Assembly: GCA_038253555.1 (NCBI GenBank)
Contig: JBBSGZ010000003.1
Coordinates: 13 to 64,012 of the forward strand
Length of the DNA stretch: 64,000 bases
Origin: Thermoanaerobaculia bacterium
GTDB lineage: Bacteria; Acidobacteriota; Thermoanaerobaculia; UBA5066; Gp7-AA6
Reading direction: 5' to 3'
The stretch's first letter is position 1. Every line of letters begins with the position of its first letter. Positions 27,767-37,708 of the stretch are shown here, in pieces. A model generated the notes under the pieces. It worked only from the letters and a program-made list of their open reading frames with translations, ran no database searches and was not told the DNA's origin. A program made the translations under genes and the position numbers.

Positions 27767-28486
27767 ATGACCTGGCCTTCAGACTGGCAGACGAACGTCA
27801 CGTTCCTTCTTCGCTGGGGTCACTTGCTCGCGGGCATCACGTGGATCGGAATGCTCTACTTCTTCAACCTCGTCAACGTCAATTTCATGAAGGAGCTCGA
27901 CGCGGCGACGAAGGGGAAAGTAGTCCCCAACCTCATGCCGAAGGCGCTCTGGTGGTTCCGGTGGGGAGCCTTCTGGACGGTGCTGACGGGTCTCCTGTAT
28001 TACATGCTGATCCTGCACACGGAGGCGAACGTCGGCCGCACGCTCGGGGTCGTCCTGGTCGGGTGGATCGTCGCATGGGTGGTCGAGGCCGCGCTCCTGC
28101 GGATGTCCGTGGCCGGCGGCCCGCTCAAGGATGGCCGGATTCTCGGCGTGGTCATCGCGGTCCTCGTGGCCGCAACCGCATTCGGCGTCGCCTCTCTGAT
28201 CCGCGAGGGCGGGAGCAACCGGTCGATCGCGATCGGCATCGGAGGCGGCCTCGGAACCGTGATGTTCATGAATGTCTGGATGATCATCTGGCCCCTTCAG
28301 AAAAAGATCATCGCCGCCACGAAGGCCGCGGCCGAAGGGGGCGCGCCTGCGCCCGCCGAGATGCCCCTGTGGGCGCGCCGGGCTTTCCTCGCCTCCCGCA
28401 CGAACACGTGGCTGTCCGTCCCGATGCTCTTCTTCATGGGAGCGGCGAGCCACTTCCCGATTTTCGCGCGGCTGGGAGGCGGATAG
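27767..28486 (+). CDS. Integral membrane protein, family uncertain (possibly related to the PuuD N-terminal membrane domain)
   Basis: ATG at 27767 with AAGGAGGGGA 7 nt upstream. About 6 predicted hydrophobic helices. The motif WGHLLAGITWIGMLYFFNLVNV recalls urate-hydroxylase-type membrane domains, but this is from memory only. Confidence 0.55.
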   Translation: MTWPSDWQTNVTFLLRWGHLLAGITWIGMLYFFNLVNVNFMKELDAATKGKVVPNLMPKALWWFRWGAFWTVLTGLLYYMLILHTEANVGRTLGVVLVGWIVAWVVEAALLRMSVAGGPLKDGRILGVVIAVLVAATAFGVASLIREGGSNRSIAIGIGGGLGTVMFMNVWMIIWPLQKKIIAATKAAAEGGAPAPAEMPLWARRAFLASRTNTWLSVPMLFFMGAASHFPIFARLGGG

Positions 28487-28518
28487 AGGCCTGTCCCGTG
28501 ACGCGCTGAGTTCCAGCA

Positions 28519-28553
28519 TCATCGGCCGCGCGCGGGGCCCGCGCGGCCGATGA
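28519..28553. terminator. GC-rich perfect hairpin between convergent genes (possible bidirectional terminator)
   Basis: tcatcggccgcgcg (28519-28532) / cgcgcggccgatga (28540-28553), 14-bp perfect stem with a 7-nt loop. No U-tract on either side. Confidence 0.4.
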
Positions 28554-28595
28554 CGACGCCGCGCTCTATCCGCCCGGCGCGCGGGACCGGTGGAT

Positions 28596-29300
28596 CTAGG
28601 GGGTGCCGAGGTAGTCGCGCACGAGCTTCATGTCCTCCCAGACGTCCTTCTTCCGCTCGGGCGACCTCAGCAGGAACGCGGGATGAAACGTCGGCATCAC
28701 GCGGACGCCGCGGGCGGTCTGCCACTGGCCGCGGAGCCGGGAAATCGCGACATCGGTCTCCAGCATCGCCTGCGCCGCGAAAGTCCCGAGCGTGACGATC
28801 ACGCGAGGCGACACGAGGCGGATCTGCTCGTGGAGGAAGGGGCGGCAGGACTCGACTTCGTCCCTCTCGGGGTTTCGGTTGCCGGGCGGGCGGCACTTGA
28901 GCACGTTGGCAATGTAGACGTCCTCGCGCGTGCGCCCCATGGCCTCGATGATTTTCGTCAAGAGCTGGCCGGCGCGCCCGACGAAGGCGAGCCCCTGCTC
29001 GTCCTCGTCCCGGCCCGGGGCTTCTCCGACGAACATCAGCTCGGCGTGAGGGTTGCCCTGCCCGAAGACGATGTGCGTGCGCGTGTTCGCCAGCTTGCAG
29101 CGGGGGCAGCCGGCGAGAAACGCCTCGAGCGACGGGATGTCCGCCATCGAGCCGGGAAGGAGCGCCGGGACCGCGGCACCGGCCGGGCGGACAGCACCGA
29201 TGGCGGTGCCGACGGCCGGGAGCGGATCGAAATACAGCTCGCGGACCCCGAGGTCCCGGAAGTACGCGAGGTCGTCTCCGAGTGGAGGCCTGGAGCTCAC
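28596..29300 (-). CDS. Uracil-DNA glycosylase, family 4
   Basis: [23 protein letters not shown] and HPAFLLR motifs. N-terminal Cys residues of the Fe-S type family. GTGA overlap with the coaBC stop. Confidence 0.85.
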   Translation of the reverse strand: MSSRPPLGDDLAYFRDLGVRELYFDPLPAVGTAIGAVRPAGAAVPALLPGSMADIPSLEAFLAGCPRCKLANTRTHIVFGQGNPHAELMFVGEAPGRDEDEQGLAFVGRAGQLLTKIIEAMGRTREDVYIANVLKCRPPGNRNPERDEVESCRPFLHEQIRLVSPRVIVTLGTFAAQAMLETDVAISRLRGQWQTARGVRVMPTFHPAFLLRSPERKKDVWEDMKLVRDYLGTP

Positions 29301-30538
29301 TTGCGGGACTCGGGCGCCGGGGACAATTCCCGGACGGCTCCCGCAGCCGCGCGCGCCTTGAGACCGGCGTCCCAGATGGCATCGGCCACGTCACGTTTCG
29401 GCCGCCGCGAAATGGTGACCGAGGGCTCCCCTTTCGCCAGGATGACGACTTCATTGTCCGGCGCCTCGAAACCGATATCGGGGCGCCCCACGTCATTGAT
29501 GACGATGAGGTCGGCTCCCTTGGCTTCCCGCTTGGAGGCGCCCCGCCTCTCGAGGTCTTCCGTCTCCGCGGCAAAGGCGATCACGACCTGCTCGCGCTTC
29601 AAGGGGCGCAGCGACGCGAGCACGTCGCGGCCCGCGGCGAGCCTGACGGTCACGTCTCCCTCCCCGCGATGCATCCGGCGGGCGCTCGGTTCCGGGATGA
29701 AATCCACGACCGCCGCTGCCATGGCGAGGGCGTCGCATTCCGGAAACTCGTGCACCAGGAGACCGTGCAGATCGGCGGCCGTCTCGAACGGCACGAACCG
29801 GACTCCGAGGGGACGGACGAGGGCAGTCGGTCCCGACAGCAGTGTCACGGCGGCGCCGCGGTCGCGAGCGGCTTCCGCCAGCGCGTACCCCATCCGGCCG
29901 CTCGACCGGTTCGAAAGGAAGCGAACGGGATCGACCGGCTCGCGGGTCGGACCGGCCGTGACCAGAATGCGGAGGCCCTCCATGTCCCGGCGGCCGTGCT
30001 GCCCGAGGAGCGCCTTCGCGGCCGCCAGGATCTCTTCGGGCTCCGCCATCCGGCCGACCCCTTCGTGCCCCGAGGCGAGAAACCCCGACGCCGGACCGAC
30101 GAACGCGGCTCCTCGCGCGGCGAGCGCGTCGCAGTTCGCACGCACGGCGGCGTTTGTCCACATGGCGGACTCCATCGCAGGAGCGAGGAGGACCGGGCCG
30201 CGATGGGAGAGGTAATACGTGGTCAGAAAATCGTCCGCCAGACCGTTCGCGAACCGGGCGAGGGCGTGCGCGGTGGCGGGTGCCACGACCAGCAGGTCCG
30301 TCCTGTCCGCGAGATCCACGTGCAGCACGGCCGGCTGGTGCCGATTTCCCCAGACCTCCGTGGGAACGTCGCGGCCCGAAAGCGCCGCGAACGTCAGCGG
30401 AGAAACGAACTCGCGGGCTCCGCGGGTCAGAACCGGCTGCACATCGAATCCTTCGCGGATGAAGGCGCGGCAGAGCTCCGCTGCCTTGTAGGCCGCGATG
30501 CCGCCGGAAACGCCGAGTACGACGCGGAACGGCTGCAT
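29297..30538 (-). CDS. coaBC: Bifunctional phosphopantothenoylcysteine decarboxylase / phosphopantothenate-cysteine ligase
   Basis: N-terminal flavoprotein domain ([14 protein letters not shown]), C-terminal DFP domain ([22 protein letters not shown]). Confidence 0.9.
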   Translation of the reverse strand: MQPFRVVLGVSGGIAAYKAAELCRAFIREGFDVQPVLTRGAREFVSPLTFAALSGRDVPTEVWGNRHQPAVLHVDLADRTDLLVVAPATAHALARFANGLADDFLTTYYLSHRGPVLLAPAMESAMWTNAAVRANCDALAARGAAFVGPASGFLASGHEGVGRMAEPEEILAAAKALLGQHGRRDMEGLRILVTAGPTREPVDPVRFLSNRSSGRMGYALAEAARDRGAAVTLLSGPTALVRPLGVRFVPFETAADLHGLLVHEFPECDALAMAAAVVDFIPEPSARRMHRGEGDVTVRLAAGRDVLASLRPLKREQVVIAFAAETEDLERRGASKREAKGADLIVINDVGRPDIGFEAPDNEVVILAKGEPSVTISRRPKRDVADAIWDAGLKARAAAGAVRELSPAPESRK

Positions 30539-30581
30539 GGTCGCCTGACGAGCTCCTGGACGGCCGGGAGCGGCCGCCCGT

Positions 30582-30851
30582 TTAAACGGCGGCTTCTTCC
30601 TCTACCGACTCCGTCTCGGCGGAGGCGCTTTCGCTTTCGTTGTCCGCATCCTCGAGCACGCCGCCCTCGGCGCCGTAATCCCAGCGGACGCGGTTGTCTT
30701 CGAACTCCTCCGCCGCGAGCCGTGTGGGCTTGGTCGGACGGTCTGTCTCGATCTTCGGCCGGGCGCCGCGCATCAGCTGCTCCGCCCGCCGGGCGATCAA
30801 GAGAACGAGCCGGAACTTGCTGTCCACACCTTCGGGGATGTTCTGAATCAT
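30582..30851 (-). CDS. rpoZ: DNA-directed RNA polymerase subunit omega
   Basis: 89 aa. SKFRLVLLIARRAEQL motif. Sits directly downstream of gmk, as in many bacteria. Confidence 0.85.
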   Translation of the reverse strand: MIQNIPEGVDSKFRLVLLIARRAEQLMRGARPKIETDRPTKPTRLAAEEFEDNRVRWDYGAEGGVLEDADNESESASAETESVEEEAAV

Positions 30852-30875
30852 GGGGAGGTCCTCTCTCTCAAACGG

Positions 30876-31502
30876 TCAGCGGAATTCTTTCCGTATGCGT
30901 TCCAGGCGCAGCGCCTGACGGGCCGGTGTCAGCCGCTTCGCCCGAACGATGGATTGTAACTCAAGAGTCGCCCGATCCAGGTCATCGTTCACGATAACGT
31001 ACTGATAATCCATGGCTTCCTGGATCTCCTTGGACGCGTTGATCAGTCGTTTCCGGATCACTTCCTCGCCATCCAGGCCTCGCAGGCGCAGCCGCTTCTG
31101 CAGCTCCGGCTGCGAAGACGGGGCGATGAAGATCATCACCGCCTCCTTATAGACGCGGCGCACGTCCCTCGCCCCCTGGACGTCGATGTCGAGGACCACG
31201 TCCTCGCCGGCGTCCAGGCGCGGCAGGACCTCTTCCTTGGATGTCCCGTAGATGTTGTCGTGCACCTCGTTGTGCTCGAGAAAGGCGTCCCGGGCGGCCA
31301 TCTCCTGGAACTGCGCCACGGAGATGAAGTGGTACTCGCGGCCGTTGGTCTCGCCGGCGCGCATCGGGCGGGTGGTGTGTGAGACGGAGAAGTGGAGCGG
31401 TTCTCCGGGTGGATCTTCCAGGAGCCGCCGGATCAGCGTCGTCTTCCCGCCTCCCGACGGCGAGGACACGATGAAAAGGTCTCCCCGCGCCGGCGAGCTC
31501 AT
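30876..31502 (-). CDS. gmk: Guanylate kinase
   Basis: SSPSGGGKTTL P-loop, TTRPMRAGETNGREYHF motif. Confidence 0.95.
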   Translation of the reverse strand: MSSPARGDLFIVSSPSGGGKTTLIRRLLEDPPGEPLHFSVSHTTRPMRAGETNGREYHFISVAQFQEMAARDAFLEHNEVHDNIYGTSKEEVLPRLDAGEDVVLDIDVQGARDVRRVYKEAVMIFIAPSSQPELQKRLRLRGLDGEEVIRKRLINASKEIQEAMDYQYVIVNDDLDRATLELQSIVRAKRLTPARQALRLERIRKEFR

Positions 31503-32383
31503 TCGACGTTCTGAACCTGCTCTCGGATTTTTTCGGTTTCCGACTTCATCTCGACGACGTCGCGGACGAGTTGCAGGTCGCGGGCCTTGGAACCGAGCGT
31601 GTTCAGCTCCCGCAGGATTTCCTGCGAGAGAAACTCGAGCTTCTTGCCGACGGGGCCGTTCGCGTCCAGAAGCTCGCGGAACGCGGAGAGGTGCCCCTGC
31701 AGGCGGGACAACTCCTCCGCGATATCGGTTTTGTCGATCGAAAGGGCCGCCTCCTGCTCGAGGCGGGTCGAGTCGAACGGAAGGTCGGGGACGAGCGCGG
31801 CGAGCCGCTCGCGCAGGCTCTGCAGGAGCCGGGCGGAAACCTCCTGCCGCCGGGACGAGAGCTCGCCGGACTTCCCCTGGAGAGTCGCGATGCGCGCCGC
31901 GAGGTCCGCCGCCACGGTCCGGCCCTCGGCCTCGCGCATGGCGGCGAGAGCGTCCGCGGCCTCCCCCGCGACGGCCTCGACCGCCGCCATTTCCTCGGCG
32001 GAAAGCTCGCCGGCCGCATCCTCGACCGACAGGGCCCCCGGGATCGATAGCAGGTCGCGAACCTCGAGGCGACCCTCGATCGAGAGCTTTTCCGCGGCGG
32101 CCCGGATCCGGGCGACCGCCGTCCCGAGAAGCGCTTCGTCGATCGTGACCTCGCTCCGGCTCTTCGCGTCGCGGCGCACACGAAGGGTGATCTCGACCTT
32201 TCCTCGCGACAGCCGCGCGGAAAAGGCCTTCCGGAGGGCGGGCTCCAGTACCGCTTCGGACTCCCGCAGCTTCACGGTGAGATCCAGGAATCGGTGATTC
32301 ACGCTCCGCGCGGAAATCTCGGCGGAGGCCCCTTCCCCGACCGGCCCCTGCGCCCGGCCGAAACCGGTCATGCTCCGGATCAT
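31499..32383 (-). CDS. yicC: YicC family stress-induced protein
   Basis: MIRSMTGFGRA N-terminus, C-terminal DUF1732-like EEL.RL..H....R.L.......G.KLEFL.QE..RE.NT..SK. Confidence 0.85.
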   Translation of the reverse strand: MIRSMTGFGRAQGPVGEGASAEISARSVNHRFLDLTVKLRESEAVLEPALRKAFSARLSRGKVEITLRVRRDAKSRSEVTIDEALLGTAVARIRAAAEKLSIEGRLEVRDLLSIPGALSVEDAAGELSAEEMAAVEAVAGEAADALAAMREAEGRTVAADLAARIATLQGKSGELSSRRQEVSARLLQSLRERLAALVPDLPFDSTRLEQEAALSIDKTDIAEELSRLQGHLSAFRELLDANGPVGKKLEFLSQEILRELNTLGSKARDLQLVRDVVEMKSETEKIREQVQNVE

Positions 32384-34242
32384 CCGGGGCTCACGGCGGC
32401 CTCGGCCGCGTCCGTCTCCGTGAAGTACTGCATGGCGTGGAGCCGATGGTACACGCCGGGACGCGCGAGGAGCTCCTGGTGCGTGCCGGACTCGACGAGC
32501 CGCGCCCGATCGAACACCAGGATGCGATCCGCGCGGCGGACCGTCGAGAGCCGATGGGCGATGACGAGCGTCGTCCGGCCCTTCATGAGATTCATGAGGG
32601 CGCGTGCGACCAGCGCCTCCGACTCCGTGTCCAGCTGAGAGGTGGCCTCGTCGAGGATGAGTATGGGCGCGTCCTTGTAGATCGCCCGCGCGATCGCCAG
32701 GCGCTGTTTCTGGCCGCCGGAGAGACGCCCCGCGTTTTCCCCTACGAAGCTGTCGTAACCCTCGGAGAGGCGATCGATGAACTCGTCGGCGTAGGCGGCA
32801 TGCGCGGCGGCCCGGACCTTGTCTTCCGGAGGCGACGACTGGCCGTAGGCGATATTGCTCCGCACGCTCGCGTCGAACAGGATCGTGTCTTGAGTCACGA
32901 GCCCGATCTGTTCCCGGAGCGAGCGCAGCGTCCCATCGCGGATGTCTCTCCCGTCGAAGGTGATCCGCCCGTCGGTCGGGTCGTAGAGCCTGGGGAGGAG
33001 ATTCACGAGGCTCGTCTTGCCGGCGCCGGAAGGCCCGACGATTGCCACCGTCTCGCCGCGCCGGATCGTCAGGTCGACGTCGAGCAGGACGGGCTGGTCC
33101 TCGTAGCGAAAGCTCACGTTCTCGTAGCGGATTGCCTCGGAAAACGACGGCAGAGGAGGCGCGTCCGGCTTCTCCTGGATCTCACTGACGCGGTCGACGA
33201 GCTCGAAGACGCGCCGGGCCGAGGAGAGCGCCAGCTGGATGGCCATGTTGATGCGCGTGACGTCCTTCACGGGTTTGTACATCATCATCAGCGCCGCAAG
33301 GAACGAGAACAGCTCCCCCACTTCCATGCGATGGGCGTGAATCTCGGAGGCGGCGTAGACGAAGAGCGCGGAAAGACCGATCCCGGCGAGGATCTCCATG
33401 AAAGGCGCGTTGCGGGCCTGGATCCGCACCGTCCGGCGGTTCACGCGGAAGTAGTCGTTGTTCGCGTCCTCGAACCGGCGCGCTTCGAAGTCCTCCATCG
33501 CATACGTTTTGATCACGCGGTGGCCGCGGAGGGTCTCCGAAAGAATCGCGCCGAGATGCCCGATCCTCTCGCGGGCCGCGGTGGCGGCCCTGCCGAGGCG
33601 GCGGGTGTTGCTGACGATCGGGAGAAGGATGACGGGCGCCAGGACGAAGATGATCAACGCCAGCCGGCCGTTCATGGAGAACACGTAGAGGAGCAGAAGG
33701 ACGAGCGTCAGTGCGCCCTGGACGAGATCCGTGAGCTGATGTCCGAACGCGGTCTGGATCTGCTCGACGTCGGACAGCATCCGGCTCATGAGGTCTCCGG
33801 TCGAGCTCTCGGAGTAGAAGCGCGTCGACTGCCGGAGAAGCCTGTCGTACGCGTCGCGCCGGAGATCCCGGACCATCGCGACTCCGATTCCGTTCAACTC
33901 GAATTCCGAGATGTACGAGAAGACGTTCTTCGAAATCAACGCGAGAAGGAGAAGGAGGGGCACGGCGAACCGAACCGGGATCCCGTGGTCCTCGGCGGAC
34001 CGGCGCGCCGCGAGGTAGAACGCGTCCAGCCAGCGCAGCAGCGTGGCGCGCGCCGCGCCTCCCCCTCCGAAACCCGAAAGCCGCGCCGCGGCCCCGGCGC
34101 CGAGCGCGTCGTCGATCACCTTGGCCAGAAGGAACAGCATCGCGACCGTGGAGATCGAAACCACGACCATGGCGAGGAGAGCGAGAAGGGCTCTCCCGCG
34201 GTAGCGGGCGAAGGCGCGGAGCAGCCGGGGGAACGGCTTCAC
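32380..34242 (-). CDS. msbA: ABC transporter permease/ATPase, MsbA-like lipid A exporter
   Basis: Six-TM ABC exporter domain followed by GPSGAGKTSLV, LSGGQKQRLAIARA and LILDEATS. GTGA-coupled to lpxB upstream. Confidence 0.8.
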   Translation of the reverse strand: MKPFPRLLRAFARYRGRALLALLAMVVVSISTVAMLFLLAKVIDDALGAGAAARLSGFGGGGAARATLLRWLDAFYLAARRSAEDHGIPVRFAVPLLLLLALISKNVFSYISEFELNGIGVAMVRDLRRDAYDRLLRQSTRFYSESSTGDLMSRMLSDVEQIQTAFGHQLTDLVQGALTLVLLLLYVFSMNGRLALIIFVLAPVILLPIVSNTRRLGRAATAARERIGHLGAILSETLRGHRVIKTYAMEDFEARRFEDANNDYFRVNRRTVRIQARNAPFMEILAGIGLSALFVYAASEIHAHRMEVGELFSFLAALMMMYKPVKDVTRINMAIQLALSSARRVFELVDRVSEIQEKPDAPPLPSFSEAIRYENVSFRYEDQPVLLDVDLTIRRGETVAIVGPSGAGKTSLVNLLPRLYDPTDGRITFDGRDIRDGTLRSLREQIGLVTQDTILFDASVRSNIAYGQSSPPEDKVRAAAHAAYADEFIDRLSEGYDSFVGENAGRLSGGQKQRLAIARAIYKDAPILILDEATSQLDTESEALVARALMNLMKGRTTLVIAHRLSTVRRADRILVFDRARLVESGTHQELLARPGVYHRLHAMQYFTETDAAEAAVSPG

Positions 34243-35399
34243 CGGGCGCCCTCGCGGGCGAATCCGTTGGTGGCTCCGTCGGCGCCGGGCCGGCGCTCGA
34301 TGGCCTCGAGGATGGCGTCCGCGGCCCGGTCGGTGGCGCCGGGAGGGCCGAGCCGCGCCGACACCTCCGTCAGACCTTGGCGCATACGCCTCGCGCGCTC
34401 CGGCGATTCGAGGATGGCCATGCCCTCCTCCTCGAGCCGGTCGGCGGTCGCATCGCGCTGGATCAGCTCCGGGACGATGGCCTCGCCCCCGACGATGTTC
34501 ACGAGCGAGATCCAGGGCACTTTGATCAGCAGCCTTCCGATCGCGGCGCTCGCCCGCGAGGTCTGGTACAGGACGACCATCGGAGTCCCGCAGAGCGCGG
34601 CCTCGAGCGTCGCGGTTCCGGAGGCCACGAAAGCGAGGTCCGCGCCGGCTAAGTGGCGGTGCAGACTCCCTTCGACCACGCGGACCCCGCGCGAAGCTCC
34701 GGACGCGAACAGATCTGGTGGAAGTCCCGGCGCCCGGATCACGACGACATCGAGGTCGAATTTCCGGGCGAGGCGCGACGCCGCTTCGACCATTGGCCCC
34801 CAGTGCCGCTGGATCTCGCCGCGCCGGCTGCCCGGAAGGAGCACGAGCCGCCTCTTTCCGTTTGCGGGTTCCGGCGTGGCCGGCTGATTCAGGCCTTCGC
34901 GGACGTCATCCACGAGAGGATGACCGGCGCAGACGGCGTCCGCGCCGTACCGCGCGTAGATCTGCGCCTCGAACGGAAAGAGCGTGATGATCCGCCGGGC
35001 GCGCGCGGCGATCGTTTTCGCGCGGCCGGACCGCCACGCCCAGACCTGCGGGCTCACGTAATAGATCAGGGGGATATCGAGGCGGGCGAGCCGGCGGGCG
35101 AGCAGGGCATGAAAGTCCGGAAAGTCGATGAGAACTGCGGCGGCGGGTCTGCGGCGGCGCGCCGCCGCTTCGAGCGCCGAGAGGGCCCTCCGTATGGCGG
35201 GCAGCTTCTCGAACACCTCGAAGATACCGACGACGGAAAGGGCTTCGGACGGCACGATCCGTTCGAGGCCCGCATCGCCGAGCCTCGGGCCGCCCATTCC
35301 GAAGAAATCCATCGCCGGTCGCCGGCGGGAAAGGACGCGGAGGAGCCGAGACCCGTAGATGTCTCCGGAGGCTTCGCCGGACGAGATGAGCAGGTTCAA
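34239..35399 (-). CDS. lpxB: Lipid-A-disaccharide synthase
   Basis: MNLLISSGEASGDIYG N-terminus and full-length GT19-like sequence. Confidence 0.9.
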   Translation of the reverse strand: MNLLISSGEASGDIYGSRLLRVLSRRRPAMDFFGMGGPRLGDAGLERIVPSEALSVVGIFEVFEKLPAIRRALSALEAAARRRRPAAAVLIDFPDFHALLARRLARLDIPLIYYVSPQVWAWRSGRAKTIAARARRIITLFPFEAQIYARYGADAVCAGHPLVDDVREGLNQPATPEPANGKRRLVLLPGSRRGEIQRHWGPMVEAASRLARKFDLDVVVIRAPGLPPDLFASGASRGVRVVEGSLHRHLAGADLAFVASGTATLEAALCGTPMVVLYQTSRASAAIGRLLIKVPWISLVNIVGGEAIVPELIQRDATADRLEEEGMAILESPERARRMRQGLTEVSARLGPPGATDRAADAILEAIERRPGADGATNGFAREGAR

Positions 35400-35472
35400 G
35401 AGGCCAGAGTAGCAAAGCCCGGAGGCGTCCCTCGGCGTCGGAGCGTGCTGCTAATATGCCCTTCAATCCGCC

Positions 35473-36570
35473 ATGACTTCGGTTTCCACCCGTCCCTGGC
35501 GAACCGCCTTAATCGGCGCCGGCCGGATCGGCCAGCGCCATGCGGCGATTCTGGCCGGCTCGCCGCGATCCGACCTGGTCGCGACAGTGGACGTCCGGAG
35601 TGAGAAGGCGAGTGGTCTCGCGGAAAAGCATGGCGGGAGGGCTTACTCGGATCTCCGCCGGATGCTCGACGCGGAATCGCCGGACCTGATCTCGGTCTGC
35701 ACGCCCTCCGGAGACCATTGCGAGCAGGTCCTCGCCGCGTCTCGAGCCGGCGTCGCGAACGTGCTCGTCGAAAAACCGATGGCGCTGACCCTCACCGATG
35801 CCGACGCCATGATCGAGCAGTGCGACCGCGCGGGAACGCGGCTCTTCGTGGTGAAGCAGAACCGATACAACCTCCCGATCCTGAAACTCAAGTCCGCGCT
35901 GGACGGGGGACGATTTGGCAGGCTGGTGCTCGGGACCGTCCGCGTCCGCTGGTGCCGCCGGCAGGACTACTACGACCAGGCGCCCTGGCGCGGGACGTGG
36001 GCCATGGACGGCGGCGTCTTCTCGAACCAGGCCTCGCATCACGTCGACATGCTCGTCCACACCATGGGCGACGTTCTGTCCGTGAAGGCGATGAGCGCCA
36101 CCCGCCTCGTCTCGATCGAGGCCGAAGACGTCGGGATCGCGGTTCTTCGCTTCGCAAATGGCGCCCTGGGCATCGTCGAGGCGACCACCGCCGCCCGGCC
36201 CGCGGACCTCGAGGGTTCGATCTCGATCCTGGGCGAAAAAGGCACCGTCGTCGTGGGCGGCTTCGCGATGAACGAGATGTCCGTCTGGCGGTTCGAAGAT
36301 CCGACGGAAGAAGACAGCACCGTCCTCGAGACCAGCCGGACAAATCCGCCCGACGTCTACGGCTTCGGGCATCATGCGTACTATGAGGATGTTTTCGATG
36401 CGATGGACGGCGGCCGGAAGCCCACGGTGGACGGGCGCGAGGGCCGGCGGTCTCTCGAAGTGATCACAGCGCTGTACGAGTCGATCGAATCGGGGCGCGA
36501 GATTTCGCTTCCGTTCGTACCGACACGCTCGCGCCTCGGACAGGTCTCGGTTCCCACCCCTTCCGCTTGA
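35473..36570 (+). CDS. Gfo/Idh/MocA-family NAD-dependent sugar-nucleotide 3-dehydrogenase (GnnA/WbpB-like)
   Basis: Rossmann N-terminus LIGAGRIGQRH, EKP motif (LVEKPMA), FVVKQNRYN motif seen in UDP-sugar 3-oxidases. TTGA-coupled to the following aminotransferase. Confidence 0.7.
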   Translation: MTSVSTRPWRTALIGAGRIGQRHAAILAGSPRSDLVATVDVRSEKASGLAEKHGGRAYSDLRRMLDAESPDLISVCTPSGDHCEQVLAASRAGVANVLVEKPMALTLTDADAMIEQCDRAGTRLFVVKQNRYNLPILKLKSALDGGRFGRLVLGTVRVRWCRRQDYYDQAPWRGTWAMDGGVFSNQASHHVDMLVHTMGDVLSVKAMSATRLVSIEAEDVGIAVLRFANGALGIVEATTAARPADLEGSISILGEKGTVVVGGFAMNEMSVWRFEDPTEEDSTVLETSRTNPPDVYGFGHHAYYEDVFDAMDGGRKPTVDGREGRRSLEVITALYESIESGREISLPFVPTRSRLGQVSVPTPSA

Positions 36571-37670
36571 TACCCCTCTCCCGCGTCACCGTCACGCCCG
36601 AGATGACCTCGGCGATGCTCGACGTGGTCGCGTCGGGCCGTTTCATCCTAGGCCCCGAGACGAAGGCCTTCGAACACGAATTCGCCGCCTACATCGGCAC
36701 GAAACACGCGGTCGCGGTCTCGCAGGGAACGTCCGCAATCCAGCTGTCGCTGATGGCGCTCGGAGTCCGGCCGGGAGACGAAGTGCTCGTCCCCTCGATG
36801 ACGGCTTTCCCCACGATCGAAGGGATCCTCCACGCCGGCGGGAAGGCCGTCATGGCGGACGTGGACCGCTACGGCGCAATCGATCCCGTCGACGCCGCGT
36901 CGCGGATCACGGACAGGACGGTCGGCATCGTCCCGGTGCACCTCTACGGCGGGGCAGCGGATCTGGGCTCCCTGCGCTCTCTCGCAGAGCGCCACGGCCT
37001 GTGGATCGTGGAGGATTGCTGCCAGGCCCATGGCGCAAAGTTTCACGGAAAGACCGTCGGTTCGGTCGGCCGTTCCGGCTGTTTTTCGTTCTATCCCTCC
37101 AAGAACCTGACGGTGTTCGGCGACGGCGGCATGGTGACGACGGACGACGACGAAATCGCCGCGACCGTTCGGCTTCTCCGGGATCACGGACGCAGCGACA
37201 AGTACACGCACGTCGCCGTCGGGTTCAACCTCCGCTTCAACGAGATTCAGGCGGCGGTCGGTCGAAAGCAGCTCGCGCTCCTGGAGGACTTCATCGGGAA
37301 GAGACGGGGGGTCGCCCGGCGGTACGACGCGGCGTTGGCGGGGATCGAGGGACTCGAGACCCCGCTCGAGCGGCCGGAAACCCGGATGGTGTACCACCTC
37401 TACCCGATCCGGCTGAAAGATGAGGCGACGCGGGAAGCGCTGCGCGCGCATTTGATACGCGCGGGCGTCGAGACGGGTGTCCACTACCCGATCCCGAACC
37501 ATCTCCAGCCCGCGATGGCGCCTTTCGGCCCCCCGCCGTCCCTGCCCGAGTCCGAGGCGCTGGCTCGAACGAGCCTGTCGCTGCCGATCTTTCCTTCGCT
37601 CACCGACGAAGAGGTCGAGACGGTCGTCGCGGGCGTTCGGGCGTTCTTCGTGCACGCCGGGCCCTCCTGA
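36567..37670 (+). CDS. DegT/DnrJ/EryC1/StrS-family PLP aminotransferase (GnnB/WbpE-like)
   Basis: Full-length DegT-like sequence with the PLP lysine context SFYPSKNLT. Confidence 0.8.
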   Translation: MIPLSRVTVTPEMTSAMLDVVASGRFILGPETKAFEHEFAAYIGTKHAVAVSQGTSAIQLSLMALGVRPGDEVLVPSMTAFPTIEGILHAGGKAVMADVDRYGAIDPVDAASRITDRTVGIVPVHLYGGAADLGSLRSLAERHGLWIVEDCCQAHGAKFHGKTVGSVGRSGCFSFYPSKNLTVFGDGGMVTTDDDEIAATVRLLRDHGRSDKYTHVAVGFNLRFNEIQAAVGRKQLALLEDFIGKRRGVARRYDAALAGIEGLETPLERPETRMVYHLYPIRLKDEATREALRAHLIRAGVETGVHYPIPNHLQPAMAPFGPPPSLPESEALARTSLSLPIFPSLTDEEVETVVAGVRAFFVHAGPS

Positions 37671-37708
37671 CGGCGGTACCACGTCCGGTCGGTCCGCCGG
37701 CCCGGGCC

